Positions 38,399 through 52,237 are shown, counted from the stretch's first letter. The stretch: DNA of 64,000 bases from Candidatus Omnitrophota bacterium (GCA_034723315.1 JAYEOV010000055.1:507-64506), one strand, 5' to 3'. The notes: generated from the sequence alone by a model not told the origin. Program-made: numbers and translations.

Positions 38399-40480
38399 TC
38401 AATCTACCGATAAACCACTAACTATCTTCTCCGTTATATCTTTAGGCGCTTCTTTATAAAAAGAAGGCTCCATTGTATACGTAGCTCTTCCCTGTGTCAA
38501 GCTCCTTAACGCTGTCGCGTAACCGAACATCTGAGCAAGAGGCGCGGCGCCGGAAATTATCTTGGTAGATCCTTTCTGCTGGATGCTCTCGACCTTTATC
38601 CTTCGCATGTTCATGTCGCCTATCACATCGCCAAGGTATTCGTCCGGTGTCGTCACTTCAAGCTCCATGATCGGTTCCAGAAGTACCGGATGCGCTTTCT
38701 TCAGACCTTCTCTCAAAGCTATCGCGCCGGCATTACTGAAAGCCAGCTCCGAGGAATCGACTTCATGATAGGATCCGTCGTAAAGCGTGACCTTCATATC
38801 CGTTACGGGATATCCGGCAATAACGCCCGTCTTGGCGGCGTCCCTCACGCCTTTCTCAATAGCCGAAAAATATTCCCTGGGTATGGTCCCGCCTTTTATC
38901 TCCTCTTCGAAAACGATCTCCGCGCCCTTTTCCCCGGGCTCTATCCTTACTTCCACGTGCCCGTACTGTCCGTGTCCTCCCGTCTGCTGAATGAATTTTC
39001 CCGTCGCTTTGACCGCCTGGGTGATAGTCTCCCTGTACGCCACCTGTGGACTTCCCACTCTTGTATCGACCTTGAACTCCCTTTTGAGCCTGTCAACTAT
39101 GATCTCAAGGTGCAGTTCACCCATACCGTTTATGAGAGTCTGTCCTGTTTCCTCGTTATAGCTGACCCTGAAAGACGGGTCCTCGGTCACTACTTTCTTA
39201 AGGGCCTCTCCCATCTTATCCTGGCCTATCCTTGTTTCTGGCTCTATCGCCATCGAGATCACCGGATCCGGGTATTTTATCCTTTCCAGCGTCACGGGAT
39301 GCCTTTCATCACAAAGCGTGTGAGCCGTGAACGTATTCTTAAGTCCCACAAGGCCTACTATCTGTCCCGCGCCCGCGGTTTTTATCATCTCCCGCTGGTC
39401 CGCGTGGATCGACAGGATCTGACCTATTCTCTCCTTCTTCTCCGTTGTAGAGTTGAAAACATACGTTCCCGACTCCAACTTTCCTGAATATACCCTCACA
39501 AACGTAACGGTTCCGACAAAAGGGTCTGTCATGACCTTGTACGCGTACGCGCACAAGGGCTGTTCCTCGTCGGGCGCAACGGCAACTTCCTGTTCCGTCT
39601 TCGGGTTAATGGCCTTGGGCGAAATGACATCAACGGGCGACGGCAGGTAATCACATACAGCGTCCAGTACTAATTTCATGCCTTTGTTCTTCAGCGCCGA
39701 CCCGCACATTACCGGAACGAATAGGTTCTTGTTCGTAACCCTCCGGATATAAGTTTTCAGCTGATGCGGATATATGCCCTTGTCCTCCAGGTAAAGTCTC
39801 TCGACCTCTTCATCAACGTCAGCGATATTTTCTATCAGGTTATGCCTCCAGTGGCTCGAAATATCTTTCATTTCCTCCGGGATATCCTGTTCGACTATCT
39901 CGCCAAGGTCCCCTTCTTCACCGAACATGTACGCTTTGCAGGTAACAAGATCTATTATTCCACTGAAGGAGTCCTCTTTCCCGATCGGGATCTGTATCGG
40001 CGTGGCGTTAGTGCCGAGTTTCTTGTGCATGTCGATTATGACCTTATAGAAATCGGCACCCGTACGGTCAATCTTGTTTATCAGGGCTATTTTGGGAACC
40101 TCATAATGATCCGCCTGGCGCCACACTGTCTCTGTCTGCGGCTGGACCCCTCCCACCGCACAGAATACGACCAGTGTCCCGTCAAGCACTTTCAGGGACC
40201 GTTCGACCTCTATGGTAAAATCCACATGTCCCGGGGTATCTATTATGTTGATCTTCTTGTCATTCCATAAACAGGTAGTGACCGCGCTTGTTATGGTTAT
40301 ACCGCGCTCCTGTTCCTGCTCCATCCAGTCCATGACGGCGGTGCCGTCGTGGACCTCCCCCATCTTGTGGATCTTGCCGCTATGGTACAGTATCCTCTCG
40401 GTGGTTGTCGTCTTCCCGGCATCTATATGGGCTATTATCCCTATATTTCTTATGTTTTTTATGTCTTCTTTTTGTCCCAT
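38399..40480 (-). CDS. fusA: Elongation factor G
   Basis: [37 protein letters not shown]. Confidence 0.98.
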   Translation of the reverse strand: MGQKEDIKNIRNIGIIAHIDAGKTTTTERILYHSGKIHKMGEVHDGTAVMDWMEQEQERGITITSAVTTCLWNDKKINIIDTPGHVDFTIEVERSLKVLDGTLVVFCAVGGVQPQTETVWRQADHYEVPKIALINKIDRTGADFYKVIIDMHKKLGTNATPIQIPIGKEDSFSGIIDLVTCKAYMFGEEGDLGEIVEQDIPEEMKDISSHWRHNLIENIADVDEEVERLYLEDKGIYPHQLKTYIRRVTNKNLFVPVMCGSALKNKGMKLVLDAVCDYLPSPVDVISPKAINPKTEQEVAVAPDEEQPLCAYAYKVMTDPFVGTVTFVRVYSGKLESGTYVFNSTTEKKERIGQILSIHADQREMIKTAGAGQIVGLVGLKNTFTAHTLCDERHPVTLERIKYPDPVISMAIEPETRIGQDKMGEALKKVVTEDPSFRVSYNEETGQTLINGMGELHLEIIVDRLKREFKVDTRVGSPQVAYRETITQAVKATGKFIQQTGGHGQYGHVEVRIEPGEKGAEIVFEEEIKGGTIPREYFSAIEKGVRDAAKTGVIAGYPVTDMKVTLYDGSYHEVDSSELAFSNAGAIALREGLKKAHPVLLEPIMELEVTTPDEYLGDVIGDMNMRRIKVESIQQKGSTKIISGAAPLAQMFGYATALRSLTQGRATYTMEPSFYKEAPKDITEKIVSGLSVD

Positions 40481-40504
40481 GTATATTGTTTTCTTTGTAG
40501 CTGT

Positions 40505-40727
40505 TTATATCTCGTGACTCGTCGCTCGTGAATCGTGAATCGTATGCGAACGACGAGTTACGAGCGACGAAATCAACTTTTTCAGAGATCCCTCGACTTA
40601 CAACTTAGCTTCTATGTCATTCCCGCGAATGCGGGAATCTGTTAACCTCATTAGATCCCGTGTCTCGCTTCCGCTCGCTCGGGATGGTGTAAAACCTGCA
40701 ACTTAACTTCGTTAAGTTGCAGGTTTT
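40505..40727. repeat. Heptamer hairpin plus nested REP-like palindromes between rpsG and fusA
   Basis: (TCGTGAA)n arm; GATCCCTCGACT...CGCTCGGGAT enclosing ATTCCCGCGAATGCGGGAAT; AAACCTGCAACTTAAC-TTC-GTTAAGTTGCAGGTTT. Confidence 0.75.
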
Positions 40728-40728
40728 A

Positions 40729-41199
<471 letters not shown>

Positions 41200-41231
41200 A
41201 TTTTTTCCTCTGTTCTTTGTTACGATTCACC

Positions 41232-41411
41232 AGAACCCATTTCATAACCTTGTTCGTTACGCGGCTGAGCGAAAAGACCATTGACAAGGCCTGAGGGGCA
41301 AAATGCCCGGAAACGTAGCCGGTGCGCTACGTTGAGGAGATTTTGCCCTGAAAACGCAGTCAAGGGGCTTTGCAGCCAGCCGCAGTAGAACAGGGTTATG
41401 AAATGGGTTCT
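41232..41411 (-). mobile_element. 180-bp foldback MITE, copy 3, between rpsL and rpsG
   Basis: Same TIRs and interior as copies 1 and 2. Confidence 0.85.
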
Positions 41412-41413
41412 AA

Positions 41414-41788
41414 TCACTGTTTAGGCCTTTTCGCTCCGTATTTTGACCTGCCCCTCCTACGCGCATCCACGCCCGAAGCATCCAGAGACCCACGTATGAT
41501 ATGGTATCTCACACCCGGAAGGTCTTTTACTCTGCCACCGCGGATCGTCACGATAGAGTGCTCCTGCAGGTTATGCCCCTCGCCGGGTATGTACGCTGTC
41601 ACTTCCATCTTGTTCGTCAAGCGCACTCTGGTGATCTTTCTGAGCGCGGAATTCGGTTTTTTCGGGGTTCTTGTCTTCACCTGCAGACACACACCTCTGC
41701 GCTGCGGACAAGACTGCAGTGCAGGCGCCTTTTTCTTCTCTTTTATGACTTTCCTGCCTTTGCGGATCAACTGATTTATCGTAGGCAT
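41414..41788 (-). CDS. rpsL: 30S ribosomal protein S12
   Basis: [28 protein letters not shown]. Confidence 0.99.
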   Translation of the reverse strand: MPTINQLIRKGRKVIKEKKKAPALQSCPQRRGVCLQVKTRTPKKPNSALRKITRVRLTNKMEVTAYIPGEGHNLQEHSIVTIRGGRVKDLPGVRYHIIRGSLDASGVDARRRGRSKYGAKRPKQ

Positions 41789-41852
41789 ATATGCTCCTTC
41801 TCCTAATAAATATCTCATGCCAGACCGCGGCCTACCGCCCGTGGTCTATTGA

Positions 41853-44800
41853 CTATTCATCTTCCTCTTCGGTTTCTTTCTCTTTAGCCACCGCTTCTTC
41901 CTCTTCTGCCGCGGGCTTCAGTATCTCGCGGTCCAGCTTTATGTTAAGGTGCGACTCAAAACCTGTCCCCGCGGGTATAAGATGTCCCATGATAATGTTT
42001 TCCTTAAGCCCCGTCAGGTTATCCACCCTGCCGGCAGTAGCGGCCTCTGTAAGAACCCGGGTGGTTTCTTGAAAGCTCGCGGCGGAAATGAAGCTCTCGG
42101 TTGTCAGAGACGACTTGGTTATGCCCTGAAGCAGAGGTTCGGCAGCAGCGGTCTTCTTTTTCTTCTTCATTACCTTCTCGTTCTCTTTCTTGAAGGCGGT
42201 CTTTTCCACCTTGTCACCGACAAGGAATCGCGTATCCCCGTTGTCGGTTATTTTAACGTTCCTCAGCATCTGTTTTATGATGACCTCTATGTGCTTATCG
42301 TTTATCTGGACCCCCTGTAAACGGTATACTTCCTGGACCTCATTAAGAAGATATTCCTGCAGCGCTTTTTCCCCCGAAACACGCAGGATATCCTGAGGGA
42401 CCACGGGCCCGTCCACCAGCTGCTCGCCTGCCTTGACCTTGTCCCCGCGATACACGTTCAGGTGTTTCCCGTGAGGTATCAGGTATTCCTTTCTCATTCC
42501 TGTTTCACTTTCGATTATTATTCTTTTCTGTCCCTTCTTAGACTCTCCGAACTCGACCATCCCGTCAATCTCGCTTATTATCGAGGGGTCTTGAGGCTTT
42601 CTGGCCTCAAAAAGCTCCGCGACGCGCGGCAGACCTCCCGTTATGTCTTTCGTCTTCGTCATCACGCGGTGTGTCTTTGCAAGTACGTCACCGGCCTTGA
42701 CATCCTGCTTGTCCTCAACGGCAATGTGAGCTCCTACGGGCAGAGGATAAATGGCTTCGACCTCGTTCTTTTCATTAATAAGGAGAAGCTGCGGGTGGTA
42801 GTCCCCTTTTTGGTCGATTATGACCTTGCTCTTGGCTCCCGAAGCCTCATCCCTCTCGATCTTCATGGTCACGTCTTTCTTGATATCCTCGTACTGCACC
42901 TTGCCGGGTATCTCGGTCAATATCGGGACTGAATACGGATCCCATTCAGCGAACTTTTGCCCTTTCTTTATAGAAGATCCATCCTTGAAAAAGAGGGAGG
43001 ACCCCTGTGGGATGGTCTGTCTCTCGATCTCTCTGCCGTCAGTCTCGTTGATACTTATCTGGCCGTTCCTGTTAAGGACCACGAACTTCCCTGGCTCCCT
43101 GCTTTCAACAACCTTGAGGTTGTGATACTTGACGATCCCATCCTCTTTGCTCTTGAAAAAAGACTGCTCGATTATCCTGCTGGCGGTACCACCGATATGG
43201 AAAGTCCTCATCGTAAGCTGTGTGCCCGGTTCGCCTATAGACTGCGCCGCGACAATACCCACTGCCTCCCCGATCTCCACCAGTTTCCCGGTAGCAAGGT
43301 TTTTTCCGTAACATTTCGCGCAGACACCAACATCGGCCTCACAGGTAAGAACGCTTCTTATCCTTATCTTTTCTATACCCGCTTCTTCTATCTTTCTGGC
43401 ATGTTCCTCGGTTATTATCTCGCCGGCTTTCACTATAACGCTGTCTGTGATGATGTCAACTATATTGTCCAGGGCGGCACGTCCCGTGATCCGCTCGGCC
43501 AGCGAGACCACCACCTCATCTCCCTCGATAATGGCAGTGGCGGTAATACCGTTCAGCGTCCCGCAATCGATCTGCTGTATAATCACATCCTGCGCTACGT
43601 CAACCAGCCTCCTTGTGAGGTACCCGGAATCCGCTGTCTTGAGAGCGGTATCGGCAAGACCTTTTCGGGCGCCGTGGGTTGAGATGAAGTACTCCAGCAC
43701 GGTCAGCCCTTCGCGAAAGTTCGCGGTGATGGGGGTCTCTATGATCTCTCCGGACGGCTTGGCCATGAGGCCCCTCATGCCGGCAAGCTGTCTGATCTGC
43801 TGACGCGATCCCCTTGCGCCGGAATCGGCCATCATGAACACCGGATTAAAACTGTCAAGATGGCGAAACACCAGACTGGACACGTCCTCAGTAATATGTG
43901 TCCAGATGTCAATGATCTTGTTATACCTTTCACCGTCGGTTATAAAACCTCTCTGGTACTGGCTCTGTATCTTATTTACCTCTGTCTGCGCTTTTTCTAT
44001 CCTTATGTCCTTCTCTTTGGGGACTTCCAGGTCTGAGACGGCCATTGAAGCGCCCGAAAGGGTGGATTCTTCAAACCCGAGCTTCTTCATCCTGTCCAGC
44101 AGGCGGACCGTCTCCTGGTGCCCTTTCAACCTGTAACAGTCGGAGATGACCTGGCTGACCCTCTTTTTGTTCATCGGTTCGTTATAATAAGGCATGCCTT
44201 CCGGAAGTATGTCGTTGAAGACGACCCTGCCCACTGTAGTTTCTATTAATTCTCCTTTTATCCTTATCTTTATTTTCGCCAGTTTGTCAACTTCTTCGTT
44301 CTGGTAAGCCACGATCACCTCATCCTTATCGGCGAACATCATCCCTTCGCCCTTCGCTCCGGCTCTCTGTTTTGTGAGGTAATACGCGCCCAGGACTATA
44401 TCCTGAGAAGGGGTAGCGATCGGGCGGCCGTTAGCGGGAGAAAAAATATTGTTAGCGGCGTTCATTATAATTCGCGCTTCCATCTGCGCTTCCAGGGACA
44501 GCGGGATATGTACCGCCATCTGGTCGCCGTCGAAATCGGCGTTAAAGGCGGCACAGACCAGGGGGTGTACTCTTATCGCTTTTCCCTCGATAAGTTTGGG
44601 CTGGAAAGCCTGTATCCCCAGGCGATGAAGCGTGGGCGCTCTGTTCAGCATCACGGGATGGTCCCTGATGACATCATCCAGGATATCCCATACCTCAGGG
44701 TTCTCCTGCTGGACCATCTTCTTTGCGCTCTTTATGGTATGAACGAAACCTTTTTCTCTGAGTTTCCTGATAATGAAAGGCTGAAAAAGCTCCAGAGCCA

Positions 44801-45914
44801 TGATCTTCGGAAGCCCGCATTCGTTGATATTGAGTTCCGGACCGATAACTATCACACTGCGGCCTGAATAATCCACTCTCTTACCCAGAAGGTTCTGTCT
44901 GAAACGGCCCTGTTTGCCTTTGAGCATGTCAGCAAGCGATTTCAACGGTCTTCCGCCTGAACCTATGACTTCACGTCCGTGCCTGCCGTTGTCAAAAAGC
45001 GCATCGACGGCTTCCTGCAGCATCCTTTTCTCGTTACGGACTATGACCTCGGGTGCTTTAAGTTCCAAGAGCTTCTTAAGACGGTTATTCCGATTAATAA
45101 CCCTCCTGTAAAGATCGTTCAGGTCACTCGTCGCGAAACGTCCTCCCTCAAGAGGAACAAGGGGCCTGAGATCAGGAGGTATGACGGGTATGATATCGAG
45201 CACCATCCATTCGGGCTTATTATCGCTTTTCCGTAATGATTCGACGACCTTCAGCCTTTTCATCAGCCTTTTCTTGGTGTTAAGATCCTTTTTCTCCGCG
45301 ATCTTCGCCATCAGATCGACCGCCACGGCATCCATGTCCATCTGCTTTAAAATCTCTCTTATGGCCTCGGCGCCCATCATCGCTGTGAACTTGTCGCCGT
45401 ATTTATCTTTTGCTTCAAGATACTGCTCCTCGGTAAGCATTTCCAGGACTTTAAGCGGCGTCTCGCCCGTATCCACGACTACATACTGCTCGTAATAAAG
45501 GATCCTTTCCAGGTCCCGCATCTTCATGTCAAGTATATTTGCCAGCCTGGAAGGGATGGCCTTAAAGAACCACACATGCGAAACCGGCGCCGCGAGCTTT
45601 ATACAACCCATCCTTTCCCTGCGAACGCTCGATTTAGTGACTTCCACGCCGCAGCGATCGCAGATTATCCCCTTGTGCTTGATCCTCTTATATTTGCCGC
45701 AGTTACACTCGAAGTCTTTTGTGGGGCCAAAAATTCGCTCACAGAATAGTCCGTCCCGTTCGGGTTTCAGCGTCCTATAATTGATGGTTTCCGGTTTCTT
45801 GACCTCGTAAAGAACGTTCCTGTTCCCCGCCTTGCGAGTAGCCCATTCCTTGATCTTTTCGGGGGACGCTATCTGTATACGAACTTTGTCAAATTTGCTC
45901 ACTTTGCGCAGCAT
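41853..45914 (-). CDS. rpoC: RNA polymerase beta' subunit
   Basis: [41 protein letters not shown]. Confidence 0.99.
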   Translation of the reverse strand: MLRKVSKFDKVRIQIASPEKIKEWATRKAGNRNVLYEVKKPETINYRTLKPERDGLFCERIFGPTKDFECNCGKYKRIKHKGIICDRCGVEVTKSSVRRERMGCIKLAAPVSHVWFFKAIPSRLANILDMKMRDLERILYYEQYVVVDTGETPLKVLEMLTEEQYLEAKDKYGDKFTAMMGAEAIREILKQMDMDAVAVDLMAKIAEKKDLNTKKRLMKRLKVVESLRKSDNKPEWMVLDIIPVIPPDLRPLVPLEGGRFATSDLNDLYRRVINRNNRLKKLLELKAPEVIVRNEKRMLQEAVDALFDNGRHGREVIGSGGRPLKSLADMLKGKQGRFRQNLLGKRVDYSGRSVIVIGPELNINECGLPKIMALELFQPFIIRKLREKGFVHTIKSAKKMVQQENPEVWDILDDVIRDHPVMLNRAPTLHRLGIQAFQPKLIEGKAIRVHPLVCAAFNADFDGDQMAVHIPLSLEAQMEARIIMNAANNIFSPANGRPIATPSQDIVLGAYYLTKQRAGAKGEGMMFADKDEVIVAYQNEEVDKLAKIKIRIKGELIETTVGRVVFNDILPEGMPYYNEPMNKKRVSQVISDCYRLKGHQETVRLLDRMKKLGFEESTLSGASMAVSDLEVPKEKDIRIEKAQTEVNKIQSQYQRGFITDGERYNKIIDIWTHITEDVSSLVFRHLDSFNPVFMMADSGARGSRQQIRQLAGMRGLMAKPSGEIIETPITANFREGLTVLEYFISTHGARKGLADTALKTADSGYLTRRLVDVAQDVIIQQIDCGTLNGITATAIIEGDEVVVSLAERITGRAALDNIVDIITDSVIVKAGEIITEEHARKIEEAGIEKIRIRSVLTCEADVGVCAKCYGKNLATGKLVEIGEAVGIVAAQSIGEPGTQLTMRTFHIGGTASRIIEQSFFKSKEDGIVKYHNLKVVESREPGKFVVLNRNGQISINETDGREIERQTIPQGSSLFFKDGSSIKKGQKFAEWDPYSVPILTEIPGKVQYEDIKKDVTMKIERDEASGAKSKVIIDQKGDYHPQLLLINEKNEVEAIYPLPVGAHIAVEDKQDVKAGDVLAKTHRVMTKTKDITGGLPRVAELFEARKPQDPSIISEIDGMVEFGESKKGQKRIIIESETGMRKEYLIPHGKHLNVYRGDKVKAGEQLVDGPVVPQDILRVSGEKALQEYLLNEVQEVYRLQGVQINDKHIEVIIKQMLRNVKITDNGDTRFLVGDKVEKTAFKKENEKVMKKKKKTAAAEPLLQGITKSSLTTESFISAASFQETTRVLTEAATAGRVDNLTGLKENIIMGHLIPAGTGFESHLNIKLDREILKPAAEEEEAVAKEKETEEEDE

Positions 45915-45918
45915 GATA

Positions 45919-48900
45919 TTACACCTCTATGTATTCTTTTTGTTCAAGATGGACATCAAGCCCCAGACTCTGCAGCTCCTTTATCAACACGTTGAAAGAT
46001 TCGGGAGTGCTGGGTTCGAGCATGTTCTCACCCTTTACGATAGTCTCATAGATCTTGGTACGGCCAACCACATCGTCGCTCTTTACCGTGAGAAGCTCCT
46101 GCAAGGTGTATGCGGCGCCATATGCTTCCAACGCCCATACTTCCATTTCCCCGAACCTCTGACCCCCGAACTGCGCTTTACCTCCAAGCGGCTGCTGCGT
46201 AACCAAAGAATAGGGGCCTATCGATCTCGCGTGCATCTTGTCGTCGGCCAGATGCGCAAGTTTCATCATGTAAATATAACCGACCGTTACCGGCTGATCG
46301 AAGGGCTTCCCCGTAAAACCGTCCCGGAGGACTATCTTCCCCGACACGGGCAATTTAGCCTCCTTCATCGCCGCTTCAATGTCGCCTTCTGTGGCGCCGT
46401 CAAAGACAGGAGTAGCGACCTTCCAACCCAGCATCTTTGAAGCCCATCCGAGCTGGGTCTCCAGCAACTGCCCGATGTTCATCCTGCTCGGCACGCCCAG
46501 AGGATTAAGAACGATATCCAGCGGCGTCCCGTCCGGAAAGTACGGCATGTCCTCTTCCGGCAGTATTTTCGCGACCACGCCTTTATTCCCGTGCCTGCCG
46601 GCCATCTTGTCCCCCGCCTGAAGTCTCTTCTTGCTTGCGACAAAGACGGTTATCCTTCTCAGGACCCCGGGCGGAAGCTCGTCACCGTGCTTGATCCTGT
46701 CAAGGTCCCTCTCCATCTCGATCATCGTCTGCTCGATCTGACCGTTTATTGTCATGACAACGCTGTTGATCCTGGCCTGGAGTTTTTCGTCGCCGTCAAC
46801 ATACACATTATCAAGATCCGCTTTTTCGAATTTGTTGAGGTCCTTGGCGGTTATCTTAGCGCCGATCTTTATGAGCACCTTCCCGGTCTCCAGGTCTTCC
46901 AGGTTGCCGATCAGCTTGCAGCCTATCAGCTTCTGGTGGACCCTTTCCGCCTTTTTCGCCTCAAGCTGGCTGAGGATGTTCTCGTATCCTTCCTTTACGA
47001 TCTTTCTTTCCTTTGAATCGCGGCGACGCTGTTCTTTTGTAAGCGTCTTGCTCATCTTGCGGGAAAGCTCCTTGACGTCCACCACTATCCCTTCCACCCC
47101 TGAAGGAACGCGCAGCGAGACGTCCTTGACGTCGCCCGCTTTTTCACCAAAGATGGCGCGCAGGAGTTTCTCCTCCGGAGACAGTTCCGTCTCGGATTTC
47201 GGGGCGACCTTGCCGACCAGTATGCCGCCGGGACCGACCTCCGCCCCGATACGTATAATGCCGTTCTCGCCAAGGTTTTTCAGCGCGTCATCCCCGACGT
47301 TGGGTATGTCAGCTGTTACTTCCTCGTTACCAAGCCTCGTATCTCTCGCCTCAAGCTCAAAACGGTTAATGTGCACAGACGTATACGCATCTTCCTTCAG
47401 CAATTTCTCGCTGATAAGTATCGCGTCCTCGAAGTTGTAACCCCTCCATGACATGAATCCTACGAGTACGTTCCTGCCCAGGGCCATTTCCCCCATATCC
47501 GTGCCTATACCATCGGCCAGCAGGGAGCCTTCCATGACCGTATCTCCTACTCTCACGACCGGCCTCTGGTTTATGCACGTTCTCGCATTGGTCCTTTCGA
47601 ACTTCTTAAGCGTGTATTTCTCGCCGCCGGAGATTATCTCCGCGCCGTCCACTTTCGTGACCTTGCCCTCCTTCCTGGCCAGCAGCAACGCCCCTGAATC
47701 CTTCGCCGTGCGGTGTTCCAGACCGGTCCCGACAATCGGGGCCTCGGGAAACATAAGCGGAACAGCCTGCCTCTGCATATTCGACCCCATCAGAGCGCGG
47801 TTCGCGTCATCATGCTCAAGAAAGGGTATAAGACCCGCACAGACGCTTACAAGCTGAAGCGGAGAGACGTCCATGTACTGAACGTTCCTGGCGTCAGCCA
47901 GGATGAAGTCGTCTTTGAATCGACAGAAGACCTTATCTCTCCTGAAATGCCCTCTCGCGTCCAGTTTTGAATTCGCCTGGGCTATAATATATTTATCCTC
48001 TATATCAGCGGAGAGGTATTCCACCGTATCCAGTACGCGCCCTTTCTCGACCTTTCGGTACGGCGTGACCAGAAAACCGAACCTGTCAACACCCGCGTAC
48101 GTGCTGAGAGAGTTTATCAATCCTATATTGGGTCCTTCCGGGGTCTCGATGGGACACAACCTGCCGTAATGGGAATAGTGAACATCCCTGACCTCGAAAC
48201 CCGCGCGTTCGCGGTTGAGCCCGCCCGGACCGAGAGCGCTTAACCTCCTGAGGTGCGTCAATTCGGCAAGCGGATTTGTCTGATCCATGAACTGGGAAAG
48301 CCTTCCCCTCGCGAAGAAATCATGTATGACACTCGTGATCAGCTTGGTATTGACCAGGTTATGAGGCATCACTTCTTCCATTTCATAAACGCTCATACGC
48401 TCTTTTGCGACGCGCTCGACCCTCGCCAGGCTCATCCTGATCTGGTTTGAAAGCTGCTCTCCCACGCACCTCACGCGCCGGTTCCCCAGATGATCGATAT
48501 CATCTATGGTTCTCGTTCCCGCCTTTATTTCGAGCAAATGCGAAATGGCCCCGACAAGGATCTTGGCATCAAGCAAATGCGACCCGAGGGTCCTGTTCAT
48601 GTCAAGCTTGCGATTTATCATGCGGATACCGACATCGGTAAGGTCGTATCTCTTTTCGTCAAAGAACATCTGATGAAGAAGGTTCCGGGCCGCTTCAAGA
48701 GTGGGAGGATCCCCGGGTCTCAGCTTACGGTATACGTCAAGATAGGCCTCTTCCCGGGTCTTTGTCCCGTCATATTCAAGGGTTCTTACTATCTCTTTGG
48801 GCACATCCCTCAGCAACTTGACCTCCCGTATCTTGCCCGCCCATATCCGGCTGGCGACCGAAGGAGTGATCTTCTCCGTCTGCTGCGCCAATATAGATGA

Positions 48901-49629
48901 AGTCGTTTCGTCAACGATATCCTCCGCGAGCACCCTTCCAATAAGTTCATCGCACTGCTTCTCACGCTTCAAACGGATCCTTTCGACCCCTCCGAACGCT
49001 TTCAGGATATCCTCGTCCCTGGAAAGTCCAAAGATGCGCAGGAAAGTAGTAGCCAGGAATTTCCTCTTTCGGTCTATGTATACATAAAGCAGGTCGGTCT
49101 TGTCGAACAGAAATTCGATCCAGGCACCCCTGTCGGGAATAAGCCGTGCTGTATATATGACCTTCCCGGCCACGGAAGAGCTTTCCTCGAATGAGATCCC
49201 CGGAGACCTGTGGAGCTGGCTAACCACCACTCTTTCATCACCGTTTATGATGAAAGTGCCCGTCTCCGTCATTAGGGGGATCTCCCCGACATAGACCTCC
49301 TGCTCTTTCATCTCGGTCTTCAGCTTCAGTCGCAATTTTATCCTCAAGGGCGCCGCATACGTCAAAGACCGGCGCTTGCACTCCTCGGCGTCATATTTGG
49401 GTTGCTTGATATCGTAGTAAAGATATTCTAGCCTGTACTCGCCGCTCTGACTGACTATGGGAAAGACTTCACGAAAGAGCGCTTCCAGCCCGTTATTCTC
49501 CCTTTTGGTCTTGGGGGTCCCCCTCTGCAGAAAGTCAGTATATGAATCCACCTGTATCATGATCAGGTTAGGGATATTGTAGACATCCTTCAGCCTAGCA
49601 TAACTTTTCCTTTTGACTTTAAGTGCCAT
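45919..49629 (-). CDS. rpoB: RNA polymerase beta subunit
   Basis: [43 protein letters not shown]. Confidence 0.99.
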   Translation of the reverse strand: MALKVKRKSYARLKDVYNIPNLIMIQVDSYTDFLQRGTPKTKRENNGLEALFREVFPIVSQSGEYRLEYLYYDIKQPKYDAEECKRRSLTYAAPLRIKLRLKLKTEMKEQEVYVGEIPLMTETGTFIINGDERVVVSQLHRSPGISFEESSSVAGKVIYTARLIPDRGAWIEFLFDKTDLLYVYIDRKRKFLATTFLRIFGLSRDEDILKAFGGVERIRLKREKQCDELIGRVLAEDIVDETTSSILAQQTEKITPSVASRIWAGKIREVKLLRDVPKEIVRTLEYDGTKTREEAYLDVYRKLRPGDPPTLEAARNLLHQMFFDEKRYDLTDVGIRMINRKLDMNRTLGSHLLDAKILVGAISHLLEIKAGTRTIDDIDHLGNRRVRCVGEQLSNQIRMSLARVERVAKERMSVYEMEEVMPHNLVNTKLITSVIHDFFARGRLSQFMDQTNPLAELTHLRRLSALGPGGLNRERAGFEVRDVHYSHYGRLCPIETPEGPNIGLINSLSTYAGVDRFGFLVTPYRKVEKGRVLDTVEYLSADIEDKYIIAQANSKLDARGHFRRDKVFCRFKDDFILADARNVQYMDVSPLQLVSVCAGLIPFLEHDDANRALMGSNMQRQAVPLMFPEAPIVGTGLEHRTAKDSGALLLARKEGKVTKVDGAEIISGGEKYTLKKFERTNARTCINQRPVVRVGDTVMEGSLLADGIGTDMGEMALGRNVLVGFMSWRGYNFEDAILISEKLLKEDAYTSVHINRFELEARDTRLGNEEVTADIPNVGDDALKNLGENGIIRIGAEVGPGGILVGKVAPKSETELSPEEKLLRAIFGEKAGDVKDVSLRVPSGVEGIVVDVKELSRKMSKTLTKEQRRRDSKERKIVKEGYENILSQLEAKKAERVHQKLIGCKLIGNLEDLETGKVLIKIGAKITAKDLNKFEKADLDNVYVDGDEKLQARINSVVMTINGQIEQTMIEMERDLDRIKHGDELPPGVLRRITVFVASKKRLQAGDKMAGRHGNKGVVAKILPEEDMPYFPDGTPLDIVLNPLGVPSRMNIGQLLETQLGWASKMLGWKVATPVFDGATEGDIEAAMKEAKLPVSGKIVLRDGFTGKPFDQPVTVGYIYMMKLAHLADDKMHARSIGPYSLVTQQPLGGKAQFGGQRFGEMEVWALEAYGAAYTLQELLTVKSDDVVGRTKIYETIVKGENMLEPSTPESFNVLIKELQSLGLDVHLEQKEYIEV

Positions 49630-49650
49630 CGGCTATCACTTCTCCTGTAA

Positions 49651-49730
49651 TGGGTTTCGGGGTCCGAGTTTTGGGTTTTAGTTCATTTGGAACTCTTACT
49701 CCTGGCAACCTAAAACCTAACAACCAACAC
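49651..49730. repeat. Degenerate inverted heptamer hairpin between rplL and rpoB
   Basis: TGGGTTT CGGGGTC CGAGTTT TGGGTTT TAGTT ... AACTCTT ACTCCTG GCAACCTAA AACCTAAC. Confidence 0.6.
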
Positions 49731-49754
49731 CTGTCTTCGGTTTCCACAGAGACC

Positions 49755-50315
49755 TTACTTCAATTCGACCTTCGCGCCGGCTTCTTCCAGCTGCTTCTTC
49801 ATCTTCTCGGCTTCTTCTTTCGGAATGCCTTCTTTGACCGGTTTGGGTGCGGATTCCACAAGATCTTTTGCCTCCTTAAGCCCAAGACTTGTCAACGCCC
49901 TGATCTCCTTAATGACATTGATCTTCTTTGCGCCGATATCGGCGAGAACAACGTCAAAAACGCTTTTCTCTTCCTCGGCACCGCCGGCTCCGGGCGCTCC
50001 TGCTCCCACCGTGGCTACCGCCGCGACAGGCGCTGCGGCGCTAACACCGAACCTGTCCTCAAGGGCCTTTACCAGGTCGGAAAGTTCAAGAACGCTCATC
50101 TCCTCTAAAGTCTTGATCATTCCTTCCATCTTTTCCGAAAGCTGCGGCTTGGACTCCTCCTCGGATCTCTCTTCCTCGGCAGGGACGGCCTTCTCCTCTA
50201 CTGGAGTTTCGGCTTTTTTCTCAGCGGCAGGGGCCTCAGCCTTCTCTTCGGCCGGAGCTTCCGCCTGGGTCTTGTCCGCTTTTACCTCTTCCTGTTTCTT
50301 CTGTTCCTCAACCAT
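49755..50315 (-). CDS. rplL: 50S ribosomal protein L7/L12 with ~60-aa A/E/K/P N-terminal extension
   Basis: [42 protein letters not shown]; AGGAGG SD precedes the long start. Confidence 0.96.
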   Translation of the reverse strand: MVEEQKKQEEVKADKTQAEAPAEEKAEAPAAEKKAETPVEEKAVPAEEERSEEESKPQLSEKMEGMIKTLEEMSVLELSDLVKALEDRFGVSAAAPVAAVATVGAGAPGAGGAEEEKSVFDVVLADIGAKKINVIKEIRALTSLGLKEAKDLVESAPKPVKEGIPKEEAEKMKKQLEEAGAKVELK

Positions 50316-50360
50316 TTTCGATCCTCCTTAGTTATCCTCTGATCTATTCGTCTTCTTGTT

Positions 50361-50903
50361 TTATTGTGCCGCCTCTTTTTTCTCCTTAACCGCGTTCAAG
50401 GCGTACACTATACTTCTTAAAATCGATGACAACCCCCCCACGAAATTAGCGATCGGAGCGTTCATCATTCCGACCACAATGGCAATGAGCTGTTCCCTGC
50501 CGGGCAGTTCCGAGAGCTCCTTGATCCTATCTTCCTGCAGGACACGGCCTTCAAGGTAACCTTTTGAGACCTTGAACCCTTTGTTCTTCTTCGAGAACTC
50601 CATCATCATTTTCGCCACCTGGACGGGATCCTCTTCGATTATCCCGATTCCCAGCGACTTCTTCTCGCTGAAAGTGTCGTTAAGTTCCTCGATGCCCGCC
50701 TGCTTCAATGCTATCCTGGCCAGCCGGTTCTTCATGACCAGATATCTGGATCCAGACTGTCTCATGTTCTTCCGGAACACGTCCATCTCGCTTGCCTTTA
50801 TGTTCTCAACACTAGCGATAAAAAAACCCTTTCCCCCGGAGACGACATCTTTCATCTCCTTGATCATCATCTCTCTTACTTTATTCCCGTATTTCTCAGC
50901 CAT
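50361..50903 (-). CDS. rplJ: 50S ribosomal protein L10
   Basis: VMKNRLARIAL, LSELPGREQL; position between rplA and rplL. Confidence 0.93.
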   Translation of the reverse strand: MAEKYGNKVREMMIKEMKDVVSGGKGFFIASVENIKASEMDVFRKNMRQSGSRYLVMKNRLARIALKQAGIEELNDTFSEKKSLGIGIIEEDPVQVAKMMMEFSKKNKGFKVSKGYLEGRVLQEDRIKELSELPGREQLIAIVVGMMNAPIANFVGGLSSILRSIVYALNAVKEKKEAAQ

Positions 50904-50914
50904 TGTGTTTCCTC

Positions 50915-51028
50915 GCGTTTTATCGCTATGCTTGTTATCGGTTAGAGGTTATCTGTTATCGGTAATCTGGCCACCATTAACCGAACACTGTTAACAGATC
51001 ACCGATAACTCGTTACAGATCACCGAGA
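50915..51028. repeat. Inverted heptamer hairpin (GTTATCN)n/(TAACNGA)n in the rplJ leader
   Basis: GTTATCG GTTAGAG GTTATCT GTTATCG GTAATCT ... TAACCGA TAACAGA TCACCGA TAACTCG TTACAGA TCACCGA. Confidence 0.8.
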
Positions 51029-51033
51029 ATCCT

Positions 51034-51726
51034 CTACCCTATCCTGAACTGGTTCTTGTCGAGTTTAAAACCTGGTCCCATGGTAGAGCTCACGGCGATG
51101 GATTTAATGTTCTGTATTTTCTGAAGCTTCGGATTGCTGCCCATAACAGCTTGAATGAACGCCACAACGTTCTCAACAAGCGCATTTTCTTCGAAAGACA
51201 ATTTTCCCACGGGCCCCTTTATGCCGGACTGCTTGTCCATCCTGTATTCGATCTTGCCGGCCTGAAGCTCCTTTACCGCCGTGGCAATCTCGGTTGTCAC
51301 GGTTCCCGATTTTGGATTGGGCATAAGCCCCCGGGGGCCGAGTATCTTACCCAGCCGGGCGATCTCCCTCATCATCTCAGGCGTCGCAACGGCTACGTCA
51401 AAATCGCACCATCCACCGGATACTTTCTTGATCATTTCGTCGCTCCCCACAAAATCCGCGCCCGCTTCCCTGGCCTGCCTCTCGAAATCGCCCTTGCAAA
51501 AGACCACGATCCGGACCTTTTTACCCGTCCCGTGGGGCAGGCTCACCGTCCCCCGTATCGGGTTGGATGACTGTTCAAGGCTTAATTTCATCGAAACTTC
51601 TACGGTCTGGTCAAATTTTGTCTTCGGACCGTTCTTAAGGATAGCAATTGCTTCCTGCAAATCGTAATTTTTTTTCTTATCGACCAGCTCTTCTATCGCT
51701 TTCTGTCTTTTGGTCATTTTTTTCAT
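51034..51726 (-). CDS. rplA: 50S ribosomal protein L1
   Basis: KFDQTVE, LPHGTGK, LGPRGLMPNPKSGTVT, STMGPG. Confidence 0.98.
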   Translation of the reverse strand: MKKMTKRQKAIEELVDKKKNYDLQEAIAILKNGPKTKFDQTVEVSMKLSLEQSSNPIRGTVSLPHGTGKKVRIVVFCKGDFERQAREAGADFVGSDEMIKKVSGGWCDFDVAVATPEMMREIARLGKILGPRGLMPNPKSGTVTTEIATAVKELQAGKIEYRMDKQSGIKGPVGKLSFEENALVENVVAFIQAVMGSNPKLQKIQNIKSIAVSSTMGPGFKLDKNQFRIG

Positions 51727-51780
51727 GTTTTTCCCAGAAAATTTTCGCCAAATTTGTGCTCGAAAACAGGGCTCCGTCCC

Positions 51781-52209
51781 CTATCCTTCCTCAACCTCGA
51801 TCCCCATGCTCCTGGCTGAGCCCATTATTATCTTCTCCGCCCCAGCCATGTCTACCGAGTTAAGGTCCTCCATCTTTTCCTTCGCTATTTCTCTCACCTG
51901 CTCCATCGTTACCTTACCGACCTTCTCTGCTTTAGGGTTCCCGCTTGCTTTCGCGATGCCCGCCGCTTTTTTAAGCAGAACACTCGCGGGTGGGCTCTTT
52001 ATGATAAATGAAAATGTCCTGTCTTCGTACAAACTGATGACCACGGGCAGAATCAGCCCCTGTCTGTCCTTTGTCTTGTCGTTGAACTGCTTGCAGAAAT
52101 CCATTATCGGGATACCGTGCTGGCCGAGCGCCGGCCCGACAGGAGGCGCGGGATTGGCCTGCCCACCCGGACAATGAAGTTTAATCTGCGCCTTGACCTT
52201 TTTCGCCAT
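51781..52209 (-). CDS. rplK: 50S ribosomal protein L11
   Basis: [28 protein letters not shown]. Confidence 0.98.
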   Translation of the reverse strand: MAKKVKAQIKLHCPGGQANPAPPVGPALGQHGIPIMDFCKQFNDKTKDRQGLILPVVISLYEDRTFSFIIKSPPASVLLKKAAGIAKASGNPKAEKVGKVTMEQVREIAKEKMEDLNSVDMAGAEKIIMGSARSMGIEVEEG

Positions 52210-52237
52210 AATAATTCCCTAACGTTTTATCACCAAG

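Noticed and set aside
41853-49629. Inteins, introns or an rpoB-rpoC fusion
   Set aside because: The ORFs are continuous, of normal size and separately terminated, with no intein motifs seen.
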